A stretch of 64,000 nt of DNA from the NCBI GenBank assembly GCA_964016885.1, contig OZ024741.1:171120001-171184000 (forward strand), in the 5' to 3' direction. Positions 49,657 to 62,367 of the stretch are shown here, piece after piece. The translations under genes were made by a program, and so were the position numbers. The notes under the pieces were generated by a model. The model was not told where the DNA came from. It saw only the letters and a list, made by a program, of their open reading frames with translations, and searched no databases. Source of the DNA: Eledone cirrhosa. Its lineage: Eukaryota. The first letter of the stretch is position 1, and the number at the start of each line of letters is the position of its first letter.

Positions 49657-50247
49657 GAATGCCATGGTTGATGGAGGCTCGGCTCTTTAAGGTATAGTAA
49701 TTTTTAACCGCTATAACAATTGTAAATTGTTCAAAACTTGAACCAAATTGTAGATAATAACACCCTTCTCCTCGTGAGAGGGGTCTTTTCTGCCCGTTAT
49801 TTGGCCCTTCGAGGTTAAATAACCACTTATTGGGGTTTTGTGCCCAATATTCATTTTAACCGTAAAAAAAACATGGCTAGAAAAAAGAATTTTCACAAGT
49901 CACTCCAACTTTTTCCGTCTTCTTCTTCCTCAATCGTCACTACATCAGAGAGAAGATTGTCTCTCTCCCTCCCTTCTCTAAATGTGGTGTCACCTCTTTC
50001 GCAAGCGACGCCATTAAAGAAAAAGAAAAATATAGTTTCTGGTAGCTTTCACAAAGAGAACGTGCATTCCGTGGAACATTTCTCCACGACGACGACAACA
50101 ACGAAAAAAGTGTGCGGTAAATACGGAAAGCCATTTCATTCGTCTGACGTCATGAAGGATAGCAGCAGCAGCCGTAATAACAGCAGCAGCAGCAACCGTG
50201 ACAGGGAAAATACTAGTAGCAGCCGCAACAATATCAGCAGCAGCATA

Positions 50248-50278
<31 letters not shown>

Positions 50279-53200
50279 ACAACAGCAGCGGCAGCAACAA
50301 CAACAACCACAGCAACAGCGGCGGCGGCGGTCGTAGTATCAGCAGCAACAACAAAAGTAACAGCAGCTCTGACGACGACAACAACAACAACAAGAAAGAA
50401 AAACCAATCTCGTTTGCAGGTATCGCAAAGAACCTGGAAAATTTTTTCGAAACCCAACACCACTGTACGGTCGCGTACTGTACAGTAAGCACAAAATGAC
50501 GTAGAGTTGAAAGAACCACAGAGGCTCAAATACAAAAAGCCTTAGGGTCTATGTGACAGCGGAAAACGCATATCACCCGAGGCAAGAAATATTCCACCGT
50601 GGACGTGGTTTTTGCCACACCCCAGGAGGCAAAGGGTCAATCCTTAGTGACCCTAAGGAGCGAGGAAATGGTGTTGGTGCCCTCCTACTGCGGGCAAAAA
50701 ATTGTGAGGGTCAAACAGACCAACGCCCCCCCCCCCCTCCCCGAGATGGCCCCTTCTTGGCTGGCCGGGTCTGTCTTCGTTGGTATCGAGGACAAAACAC
50801 CTGTACTGCAAGTGCAAGTACAGAAAAAAGTACGAGAAGATTGGGTAGGCACCTCCATTGAGATGTTAATTGAAACCAACCAGGAGGGCATCGAAGCTAT
50901 TCCGGATGTGAAAGACTTCGATAACGGCACTCAACTGCCCATAAGTGTTGAGGGCAAACGCCCGAAATGCTTTCGCTGTGGGTCGAAGACTCCCCTCAGG
51001 GCCTTTTGCAATGAGAAGAACCTGAGAAAGGAGAAAACCCCCCTCCTTCCGAAACCAGCTCCACTGCTACCAGCAACGCGACAGGCGGCAAACAGGAAGG
51101 ATAGGTCCGTGGTACCCTTACCCACGCCACGCAAATCAAGAACAGCAGCAGCAGTGGAAGTATTAACAACAACAATAGTAATACCAACTGCAACAGAGAC
51201 TCCACTGCAACCATCACCAACAAGCTATAGAGAAAAATAGAGCAGAGGGAGAACTAGTTAGAAAATTAGACGAGGCGCTTAGCAAAGGCATCACGACCGA
51301 CGTACTTGCGGCGAAATTGGCCCTTGACCAATTCTTCAATGAAAAAGTACGAAGGCTGCGTTTTCAGAACTAGGGTGCGTGCTCTCAGACACGAGGGGAC
51401 GAATGCTGTTCAATGGGACCGAGTAGCGGATGCGCGTCGTTGCAACAAAGCCACGATCCGGTCTTTGGTGGACCACGACAGGCGCATGCTACTCGATCCC
51501 GTGTGAAGCTTTTCAGCGACACTTCGCACAGCTGTTAGGGGGCAGCGGCGGGCCGGATCGAGGGATGGATTTTAGTGTCTACCTCGACGGACTGCTGCAG
51601 CTGTCGGCCACTGAGGCGGAGTGCTGCTAAAAGCTGATAACAGCCGCTGAAGTACAGTAAACAATTACTGGCTGCACAAGGGGTAAATCGCCTGGTTTGG
51701 AAAGCTTTCGATAGGGTAGACCACCGTTACTTAGCGGCAGTCCTGAAGGCGGCTGACTTTGGGCTTGTCTTCAGAGGTTGGATCGCTGCCATGCACAGCG
51801 ACATCTGCTCTGTGGTGAGAGTGAACGGTCACCTTTCGGAACCGTTCAACATCATGCGCTCGGTCCGCCAAGGATGTCCCCTCTTGCCCCTCTTGTACGT
51901 ATTGACTCTCGAGCCAGTACTGCACAAACTGGAGACGTTGAGGGGTGTCCCGCGCGAACTAGGATGCGGAAGATCCGTGTCAGCATATGCGGACGCGGTC
52001 ACCGCAGTGGTGTCGAACGCCAAACACATCGAGGCGATCGGCACTTCACTAAGAGAATACCAAGCGGTGACAGGAGCAATGATCAACCAGAAAAAGTTAG
52101 TGGTTCTGCAGCTCGGCACCTGGAGAGGCAGGTCCATGCCGACCAACAGCGTCGTCGGGCGCTGAACGAACGGACCGGTTAAATTGCTAGGGGTCTGGTT
52201 CGGTCCGGCCCTCCAGAGGGACAAAAACTGGGACGAGGTGACGAAATTCGCGGAGAGGAAGCTATCCCTGAAAGGTCGAGCGGAGGTGGCTAACTCGTAC
52301 ATCGCGTCCGTCATCTACTACCGCCTGACCGTCGTACCTTGTCCTAAGACCAGCCTGACTGCGCTGGAGCGTTTGCTCTTTCGCTTTTTGTGGAAGGGAG
52401 GCGCTCCGATGGTCAGGCGGTCAATCTGCTGTCAACACACGCTACGCGGAGGGTTGGGCATGCCGTGGCTGATGATGCGCAGACACGCGCTCAGGCTACG
52501 TCATCTCCACCTATTCCTGGACGTTATTCAGGTGTGGTCGCCGTCTGCTAGACGCTTCTTTCCCCAGCTCGTTTCCTTGACAGAGCTGCAGTCCTGGGTC
52601 AAGCGAACACCGAGGGGGAGTGCTTGGAGACTGGAATGTTTTCAGGCGCTCACAGCCCTCGACCAATCGGGCAATGTGATCGGTGGAAACTCCACCTTGG
52701 CGTTCTATAGAAGATTAGTGGAGGGGAAGAGCAACGACGTACTGTGGGGAAACTCTTGGCGTCGACGTCAATCAACTAGCCAATCTCTTCGGAAGAACTT
52801 TCGGGCCGGGGCCTATGGACAACTTCCAGAAATCCCTGGCCTGGCAGTGCTACCGAGGAGCTTTGCCAGTTCGGGATAAATTCTACAGGCATGGAGGTGC
52901 CCTCAGCCGGGCATGTCCGAGATTCGCGCAGGGCGATGAAACAGTCCTGCACGCACTCGTCCAGTGTCCGAGCATTGCTGACTTGTGGGTTTATGTCGAA
53001 CACCTGCTGTCGCGTGTAGGACGGATCCAGCTATCAGCTGAGTGCATCGTGAAGATTTCCACGCCCTCTTCCTTTAACCGGGAAGGGCAGGCAGTTGTTA
53101 TCTGTCTGATGGCCATGGCGAAAGAGATAGTATGGTGGACACGTTTGAAAGGGCTGAAGACGAGCACTTACCTCTTCGGTGATGCCCTGATTAACTTTTT

Positions 53201-53430
53201 CAAATTTCATTTGAAAAGGAAAATCAGGGTAGAGAGGGAAGTGCTCTCTTCCCAGCATTTTGTTGAAAATGGGTGAGAGAGGCAAGAATGGCCCGAGTGA
53301 ATGGGCCTACTCTGAGTATGTGTCTGTAAATTAAAGGTGGAAAAGTGGGAGAGGGCACTTGCCCTGGTGGTCAGGGTCACTGTGGCTTTTTAATGGGCTT
53401 TCTACACGAATGTCCCTCGGAAGTCTCTCC
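49657..53430 (+). mobile_element. Tx1/L1-like LINE, internally deleted (ORF1, partial RT, C-terminal Zn finger, 3'UTR)
   Basis: ORF1 with RPKCFRCG knuckle. KAFDRVDH, RSVRQGCPL.PLLYVL.LEP, AYADAV, GGLG and CPRF...ETVLHALVQC. The endonuclease is deleted at about 51225. Confidence 0.93.
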
Positions 53431-56400
53431 CGAGCAAACGGCGACTACACCTGATCACCGTCGAGGAAGAGGTGGAGATGTCGTAGCCTGAGCGCGTGTC
53501 TGCGCATCATCAGCCACGGCGTCCCAGCCCTCCACGTAGCGGGTGTTGACAGCAGATTGACCGCCTGACTATCAGAGCGCTTCCCTTCCACAAAAAGGGA
53601 AAGAGCAAACGCTCCAGCGCAGCCAGGCGGGGCTTAGGACAAGGTACGACGGTCAGGCGGTAGTAGATGACGGACGCGATATACGCGTCAACCACCTCCG
53701 CTCGACCTTTCAGGGATAGCTTCCTCTCCGCCCATTTCTGGGTGAGAGAAGCCACCTTGCTCGTCACCTCGTCCGATGTGTTTGGCATTCGACACCACTA
53801 CGGTGACATCGTCCGCATATGCTGACACAGATTTTCCACATCCTAGTTCGCGCGGGACCCCCCTCAACGTCTCCATTTGTGCAGTAATGTCTCGAGAGTC
53901 AATACGTACAAGAGGGACGAGAGGGGACATCCTTGGCGGACCGAGCGCATGATGTTGAACGGCTCCGAAAGGTGACAGTTCACTCTCAACACAGAGCAGA
54001 TGTCGCTGTGCATGGCAGCGATCCAGCCTCTGAAGACGGGCCCAAAGCCAGCCGCCCTCAGGACTGTTGCTAGGTAACGATGGTCGACCTTATCAAAAGC
54101 TTTCGACTGATCTAAATTGATCAAGGACCCACCCGTGCCAGGTTCCCTAGCTACCCTCTCTACGATGTATCGCATGAGGTGGAGGTTGTCGTGGATGGAT
54201 CTGTCGGGAATGGCGCCTCTCCCACCAGACCACCAACGACAAGCGCCAACCTCTTTGCTAGCACCTTGTCCAAAATCTTGAACTCTGGGTTTAGCAGAGT
54301 TGTGGGCCTGAAATTATCTATGTTATCCCCCTTGTTCGGATCCTTTCACAGCAGCGCCACAGCTCCTCGGCTCACAGAGCTGGGAATTCTCCCGTTCTGT
54401 TGCCATTTGCAGTAGACGTCCGCCAAGAGACCTCCGAACAAGTCTGGTATCTGTACGTAAAGTTAATAGGGCAGACCATCCAAACCAGGCGATTTGTCCC
54501 TTGTGCAACAAGTCATTGCCTCCCGTACTTCAGCGGCTGTTATCGGCTTTTCGCAGCACTCCGCCTCAGTGGCCGAGAGCTGTGGAATTCCGTCGAGGTA
54601 GACACTAAAGTCCATCCCTCAATCTGCCCGACGCTGCCCCCGAACAGCTGAGCGAAGTGTAGCTGGAAAGTTTCACGCATTTTCCCGGGATCGAGTAGCA
54701 TGCGCCCGTCGTGGTCCACCAAAGACCGGATCGTGGAATTGTTGCAACGACGCGCATCCGCTGCTCGGGCCCATTGAACGGCTTTCGTACCCTCGTGTCT
54801 GAGAGCACGCACCCTAACTCTGACAACGCAGCATTCGTGCTTTGCATTGAAGAATTGGTCAAGGGCCAATTTCGCTGCAAGTATGTCGGTCGCGATGCCT
54901 TTGCTAAGCGCCTCGTCTAATTTTCTAACTAGTTCTCCCTCTGCTCTATTTTTCTCTATTGCCAAAGCCTTACTAAACCTAATGGACTCTATTCTAATCG
55001 CTCTTTTCAGAGCAAACCACCACTTGTGGTCGACGATGGCCCCCGTCAACGCCCGCCTAACTAGTTCGCTAATCCGGTCTCTGTAGGCCTTGCGCGCTGT
55101 TAAAGACGCGTTTAGCTTCCAGTAGCCGGGTCCTCGTCTATGAAGCCTAGCTAAATCTAGCACACAGATCACGAATTTGTGGTCCGTGTAGCTGACTATC
55201 TTGAATTGTGGACAGCCTATGCTAGACCTATCTATTTCACTACAAAATACTCTATTGCGGTTTGTCCAGTCCACATTGGCACATTAGGGAAATCCAATCG
55301 GTACCTGTCAGACAGTTCAAAACGCCTGTGCTGGTTGGTGAGGCTCTTGCAACCTCCTCCCCTATCCGCTAATCCCACACAGTCCCAGCGTGCATCTAAG
55401 ATCCTGTTCCAGTCGCCCACTAACATTAAAGAGCGGGACGTTCCTAGAAAGGTCTCCAGACGCCGGAAGAAATCAGGCCGCCCTGCTCCTGTGGGGGCAT
55501 AGACGGCCACTAGCCTGAAAGCTTGCCCGTCTCCGCCGGTCACATCCAGCACCAGCAACTTACCTTCTGGGTCCAGGAAGATGGCCCGTATGGCGAGATC
55601 CAAACCTCTCCGAAAAAGCGCAGCAACTCCTCCCCCCGATTCAGGACGGCTAGTAGGTGCGTACACATCGTAGCCGCCGAAGATCGGTGCGAAGGCCCGT
55701 GCTTCGGAGATTCTGGTCTCGCTGATAGCCACTACATCTATGTTTAGTGACCTGAGGTCGTTGAGCAGGTGGCCCTGCTTCCATAACGACCCCAAGCCAC
55801 GCGCATTTATGATGCCTCTTCTGAGTGAGGTCATGTTGAAATGGAGTGGAAAAGATGGGAAAGACCTTACTTCTCGTAGAGGAAGGATGGTTTCTCCATC
55901 ACTTTTCACTTGATCGTCTGGTAAAGGGACCGTTGATCGTCCCTTCGGCTGGTCGTCGGTTCTTCCGTGAGTACATCCGAATATACTCTCCGGTTGAGTG
56001 TCCCTCCTAGGTTTCTGAAATCACCAACTGGGTTGGGGAATCCGTTTATATGTTTGTGTATTATTTCTGTGCTATTCTTACCAGTCTTTTGTTCGTTGGT
56101 GTTTTGATTGGTGCTGGTATTATGAAGTCGTGCTGTGAAATGTCTGTGTCTTCAATTATGTAAGTCATTAGTTTCTTGTTGTGTGTATTTATTGCTGTGC
56201 ATTTATTTTTCTGGGGGTGGGGTGTAGTTCTGCTATTTTCTTGTCGTTGTTGCTGGGTGTGTGTGTCTTGCGATGTTGGTGCTTATGGTGGTGGTGTTGA
56301 AGGTGTTGAAGGTTGTTGTTAATACTTCCACTGCTACTGCTGTTCTTGATTTCCGTGGGGTGGGTATGGGTAACACTGACCTATCCTTCCTGCTTGCCGC

Positions 56401-57131
56401 CTGTCCTGTTGCTGGTAGCAGTGGAGCTGGTTTCGGAAGGAGGGGAGTTTTCTCCTTTCTCAGGGTCTTCTCATTGCAGAAGGCCCTGAGGTGAGTCTTC
56501 GATCCACTGCGAAAGCATTTCGGGCGTTTGCCCTCAACACTTATGGGCGGTTGAGTGCCGTTATCGAAGTCTATCACATCCGGGATAGCTTCGATTCACT
56601 CCTGGTTGGTTTGGATTAACATCTCAATGGAGGTGCCGACCCAATCTTCTCGTACTTTTTTCTGTACTTGCAGTACAGTTGTTTTGTCCTCGATTCCAAC
56701 GAGGACAGACGCGGCCAACCAAGAAGGGGCCATCCCGGGGGGGGGGGTCAGTTTGACCCTCACAGTTTTTTGCCGGGAGTAGGATGGCACCAACACCATT
56801 TCCTCGCTCATTAGGGTTACTAATGATTGAGCCTTTGCTTCCTGGGGTGTGGCAAAAAGCACGTCCATGCTTGTAGAGTTTATCCCGAACTGGCAAGGCT
56901 CCTCGGTAGCACAGCCAGGCCAGGGATTTCTGGAAATTGTCCATAGGCCCCGGCCCGAAAGTTCTTCCGAAGAGATTGGCTAGTTCATTTTCGTCGACGC
57001 CTAGAGTTTCCCCAAGTACGTCGTCGCTCTTCCCCTTCACTAATCCTCTATAGAACGCCAAGATGGAGTTTCCACCGATCACGTTGCCCGACTGGTCGAG
57101 GGCTGTGAGCGCCTGAAGACATTCCGGTCTC
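53431..57131 (-). mobile_element. Second, rearranged copy of the same Tx1/L1-like LINE (part of ORF1, APE endonuclease, RT)
   Basis: INARGL, ISET, VYAP, GDWN, TDHK, GPGYWKLN, NLDQSKAFDKVDH, QGCPLS and AYADDVT, with frameshifts. Confidence 0.93.
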
Positions 57132-57349
57132 CTAATAATAATAAAAGAACGATTTGTTGTCTTCATTACGTTGATTGAGTAGTGACGCGTGTTTGGCTAT
57201 TGATCAGCTCAAGATTCGATCTATATAGATCTAGCTCGACTCTGGTAATGACAGAATGAACCTAGGGCATAGAAAGGTCTATAACGATTCATATTCATTT
57301 ATGGTGGTCAGTTCACTCGGGTGAACCTACAGTAACTGCACATTATATT

Positions 57350-57385
<36 letters not shown>

Positions 57386-57388
<3 letters not shown>

Positions 57389-57756
57389 CAACTTCGGCCT
57401 CCCTCTACTAGTGTGTCTGCGCAGGAGCTCCCACCGGTGCACTGAGTGCAGTGTCAACTCTGAATATCGGTGAGCATGTGTAGCTAACCGCAGCCTCCTC
57501 TGTGTTACTTTCAGGCTGACTTTTGGGAGTCTCCCGTACAGCTCTGTGTTCTTCATCCTCAGTGTATACTGATTAATTTTCAGAGCCATCCCCAGCATTC
57601 TTGTGTACCACCCATCCACCATCTGAGTGAGTTTCTTGGTCAGTGTTCAAGTCTCAGGCCCGCAAAGTAGCACAGACAAGACACGGCGGCGATGATGAAG
57701 GACATAGACCGCTGGAGAGAACTCGTCCATGGATCTCAGGAATTTTACCCGCCCTA
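57386..57756. mobile_element. RTE-like LINE 3' end with 5' inversion (same family as 7037-7519)
   Basis: 57386-57679 matches the 7108-7397 region on the minus strand. 57678-57756 matches 7442-7519 on the plus strand. Confidence 0.85.
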
Positions 57757-58306
57757 TATACCTATATACGCGCGTATGTGTATGGTTATTTGGAAGCATA
57801 GTTGAAAGTGTTATCACTTCACAATTCATTTTTTTTTCACTGCGAAATTTAATTTTTTTTTAGTTAATCAACATTTAATTTTCCTTAGAATATGTTATTT
57901 ACACACACACACACTCACACGTATTAATATGCTTTGAGGTATTTTGTTATGTAGCTATATTATACGAGATATCTCTCCAAAGTTGTTATAATTTAATATA
58001 TTGCACTATATTCCATTCCTAAACTGTCGCACGAATAATCTCGTGTTTTATAGAAGATATATCTTGATGTTATTTATGTCCGGCTGTCTGACTAATTGGC
58101 CCCCACCCTCTCTCTCTCACTCTATCTCTCTAAATATCCGTGATAGTATGCGCGGGCTGATCATCAGTCAATGACCCACAGGATCAGATATCGAAATATC
58201 CAAGACACGCAGACACTAACCACTCGATGGTTGAGGGATAATTAATTCCTGTATCAATTAAAAAGTGACACAGCAAATATAGACACGCACACACACAGAG
58301 ACCCCC

Positions 58307-58338
<32 letters not shown>

Positions 58339-58505
58339 ACCTCTCTCTCTCACAAACACACAGCCACAGACACGCACGTATACATACACACACACACGTG
58401 TGCTCCCAAACTATGACTGTATATCTGTATCTAAACAGATTAGAGCAATATGAATTGAGTACACGTTGAAACTGAAAATATACATATTAGTTGATATTAT
58501 TAATT

Positions 58506-58877
58506 GATTGGCAGTATCGGTAGAGGGTCGGACGCCATGCTTTCTAGCATAGTTACGTCCCTTTACAGTCTGAGTTCAAATCCCGCCGAGGTTGACTCTG
58601 CCTTTCATCCTCACGGGGTCGATAAAATAAAGTACCAGTAATGCACTGGGTAATTGCTGGCCTTGTGCCTAAAGTAGAAACAATTATTGATTGATTGGAT
58701 TGGTAGTATCGGTAGAGGGTCTGACGCCATGCTTTGCAGCAAAGAGTTACGGCACTTTATTGTCTGAGTTCAAATCCCGCTGAGGTTAACTGCCTTTCAT
58801 CCTTACGGGGTCGATAAAATAAAGTACCAGTAATGCACTGGTTTATTGCTGGCCTTGTGCCAAAAGTAGAAACAATT
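58506..58877 (+). mobile_element. Two tandem tRNA-derived SINE copies (58506-58685, 58696-58877)
   Basis: Two family copies separated by a (TGAT)n-like tail. Confidence 0.9.
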
Positions 58878-59132
58878 ATTGATTGATTAATTATTTGTAT
58901 TTGTTTAAACTGGTCGAGAACTTGAATTGGGTAGATGTTGAACAGACATAATTGTTTTGTTTAGACTCTGAATTTGACTGCCAAAAACCTGGATGGGATA
59001 TTTCATCTTTCGTTGAGAAAAAACACGCGACAGTGAGTGATACTACAATCATTAACGGCAACGTTTTACACCGTATTCTACGCACAGAAGGGAAAACTAT
59101 TGAAAACGTGAGTGCAATCGAGGATATTATAT

Positions 59133-59222
59133 AATTGTTTCTACTTTTAGCACAAGGCCAGCAATTAACCCAGTGTACTACTGGTACTTTATTTTATTCG
59201 ACCCCGTAAGGATGAAAGGTAA
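59133..59222 (-). mobile_element. tRNA-derived SINE, 3' half
   Basis: Reverse complement of the family 3' end. Confidence 0.82.
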
Positions 59223-59441
59223 AGATACGGTCCAGGTTTGTTATGTAACCTGATTTTATTGTCCCTTTAACCACAGTTTTCAATGTGTCACGCCTGTTAA
59301 CGTATGTTTATTATTCTAAGATGTAACTTATCGATTTATCAATATTTTCTTATTGACTAATTCGTGCAAAGCTTCCAAATATTGTCTTCTTTTCGTGGAT
59401 GCTGGCCGAGCGTTACAAATTCGATTATACTGGGTTCCACT

Positions 59442-59512
<71 letters not shown>

Positions 59513-59513
<1 letters not shown>

Positions 59514-59897
59514 TAAATCGAAAGTGTAAGTCGACAGGTTAAAATTAACTCCGTTAATTCATATTAGCTGTTACATGTATTTCGGTGATAACCATTATTC
59601 AACAGATATGACCTCACCAGACAGCTAGAAGTTGAACAGTAAAAAACAGAAAAACATAATGATGGAACAATGTTTACCCCCGTTATTTCGACCATTTGAT
59701 ATGCCCAGTCACAAAATATGGTGTTGTTTTCTCAAAGAACTGGTGGCATATGTTTTTCTGGTTTTTTTTTTCTATTCAAGTCTAGCTGTCTGTTGAGGTC
59801 ATAATTATTGAATAATGGTTATCAGCGAAATATATATTACAGCGAATATGAATAAACGAAGTTAATTTAAACCTGTTGAATTACACTTTTTGTTTTA
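59513..59897. mobile_element. Fold-back element with degenerate hammerheads (59566-59626 minus; 59785-59843 plus)
   Basis: Stem I AGCTGT/ACAGCT. Cores are CTGGTGA and CTGTTGA (A6 mutated). GAAA-TACATG-TA and GAAA-TATATA-TT follow. Confidence 0.8.
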
Positions 59898-59923
59898 TAT
59901 ATATATATATATGTGTGTGTATG

Positions 59924-60003
<80 letters not shown>

Positions 60004-60096
60004 TATATAGATAGATAGTTCGTTATATATATATATATGTATGTATATACTGTCACGATTGTGTTGTTAATTCTGTTTACCTTTTACATACATATG

Positions 60097-60184
<88 letters not shown>

Positions 60185-60289
60185 TATATATATCTATATA
60201 TATATCTATATCTATATATATATATATATATATAAACAAGAAGTGTTAGTCAACAGGTTAAAATTAACTTCGTTTATTCATGTTCGCTG

Positions 60290-60329
<40 letters not shown>

Positions 60330-60436
60330 TTGCAGTTTCAAAGTGTACTCGATACATATTGTTCCAATCCGTTTAAATACAGATATACTGTATATATCCG
60401 TCAGAGGTTACGAGTGCACGTGTGTGTGTGTGTGTT

Positions 60437-60504
<68 letters not shown>

Positions 60505-61081
60505 TGTGTGTGTGTGTGTGAGTATTTGCTGAGTCACTTTTTAATTGATACAGGAATTAATGAAATTATCCATCAACCATCCAGTGATTAGTGTCGGCGT
60601 GTCTTGGATATTTTGATATATGATCCCTTGGGTCATTGACTGATGATCAGCATACTATGACGGATATTTAGTGAGAGAGAGGGAGAGATATATAGATAGA
60701 TAGATAAATAAATATATATATATATATATATTTAGAGAGAGAGAGAGAGAGAGAGACGGCGAATTAGTCAGACAGCCAGACATAAATAACAAACATAAAG
60801 ATATGTGTTCAACAAAACACGCGACTATTCGTGCGACAGTTTAGGAATGGAATATAGTGCAATATATTAAATTATAACAACTGCTGAGTGATATCTCGTA
60901 TAATATCAATGTAGCTATATAAAAAAAGAAAAACGTCAGAACATATTAATATATGTGAGTATGTGTGTGTGTGTATATGCATATTCTAAGTTAAATTAAA
61001 TGTCGATATAACTAACAAAATTAAATTTCGCAGTGTAAAAAATAAATTGTGAAGTGCGATCACTTTCAAATATGCTTTCAT

Positions 61082-61136
<55 letters not shown>

Positions 61137-61281
61137 AATACGCGCGTATATATATATAATCCTAACACTAACCCTTACACTTCTTGTTTTTAGATTGCTC
61201 CGGAGTAAACGGTCTCAGCTGCGCACTTCGTGAGTGCTTTACCCTGCATACTGAAATGTCGGTAACTAACCAACACATACT

Positions 61282-61374
<93 letters not shown>

Positions 61375-61377
<3 letters not shown>

Positions 61378-61605
61378 CGTAAACCAAGCACATAGCACAC
61401 AACACACAAAATAAAAACACAGTCACTGAGGAGGTCTCAGAATGTGTGATGAAAGAGCTTTGACAATATATGATCAACCATCCGGTCATCCAACCAGCCA
61501 ACCGAACCATCCAACTCCAACCGGAAATTTCTAATAAATTGAAGTGATAAACAACAAGTTAGTGTATTTTTATTGTTAGCATGACCCTCCCAAAGTATAA
61601 CAATA
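61375..61605 (+). mobile_element. Penelope-like pseudo-LTR with HHR (opposite-strand copy at 62120-62315)
   Basis: GTCA-CTGAGGA-...-GAAA-GAGC-TT-TGAC. It ends GACCCTCCCAAAGTATAACAAT(AT)n and is homologous to the arms at 22511-23080. Confidence 0.78.
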
Positions 61606-61635
61606 TGTATATAACAATATATATATATATATATA

Positions 61636-62005
61636 TATACGATATTAAATAAATGGAAACTATATTTATAAAACCATATTTATTTCATTATATATATTTC
61701 AGGGATATCATATTAAAAGTATGGTATGCCTTCATCAGACAAAATACAATATAAACAGTCTTATAAATAGATAGATTTGACATACCTTACAACTTCAACT
61801 TCCATTTAAAAAGTTGATTTAAAAAGTTGATTTAAATGGAAGTTGAAGTTGTAAGGTATGTCAAATCTATCTATTTATAAGACTGTTTATATTGTATTTT
61901 GTCTGATGAAGGCATACCATACTTTTAATATGATATCCCTGAAATATATATAATGAAATAAATATGGTTTTATAAATATAGTTTCCATTTATTTAATATC
62001 GTATA
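61636..62005. mobile_element. Perfect-armed fold-back with hammerhead in each arm (61681-61746 minus; 61895-61960 plus)
   Basis: Arms of about 175 bp look identical in reverse complement. TATTTTGT-CTGATGA-AGG...CCT-GAAA-TATATA-TA-ATGAAATA. Related fragments occur at 1-62 and 30710-30775. Confidence 0.9.
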
Positions 62006-62086
62006 TATACTCCAAATACTTGTTGAGTGCTTTTATATCAGTTATAAATATTTACTCGTTGTAACCCAACAATTTAAATAAAACTT

Positions 62087-62121
<35 letters not shown>

Positions 62122-62312
62122 TGGGACGGTCATGCTAATAATAAAAACACGCACCTGTTGGTTTTCACTTTACTATAAATTTCCGGTTCGTTGGTTCGGT
62201 AACCGGATGGTTGTTTTTATATTTTCAAACCTCTTTCATCACAGATTCTGTCACCTCCTCAGTGACTGGGTTTTTATTTTGCATGTCGTGTGCTATGTGC
62301 TTGGTTTGTGCT

Positions 62313-62367
<55 letters not shown>

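Larger units (their letters stand above)
57765..61150. repeat. Large diverged inverted repeat (57765-58482 / 60325-61150)
   Basis: Collinear reverse-complement blocks, e.g. TTGCACTATATTCCATTCCTAAACTGTCGCACGAATA vs TATTCGTGCGACAGTTTAGGAATGGAATATAGTGCAA. Confidence 0.85.
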
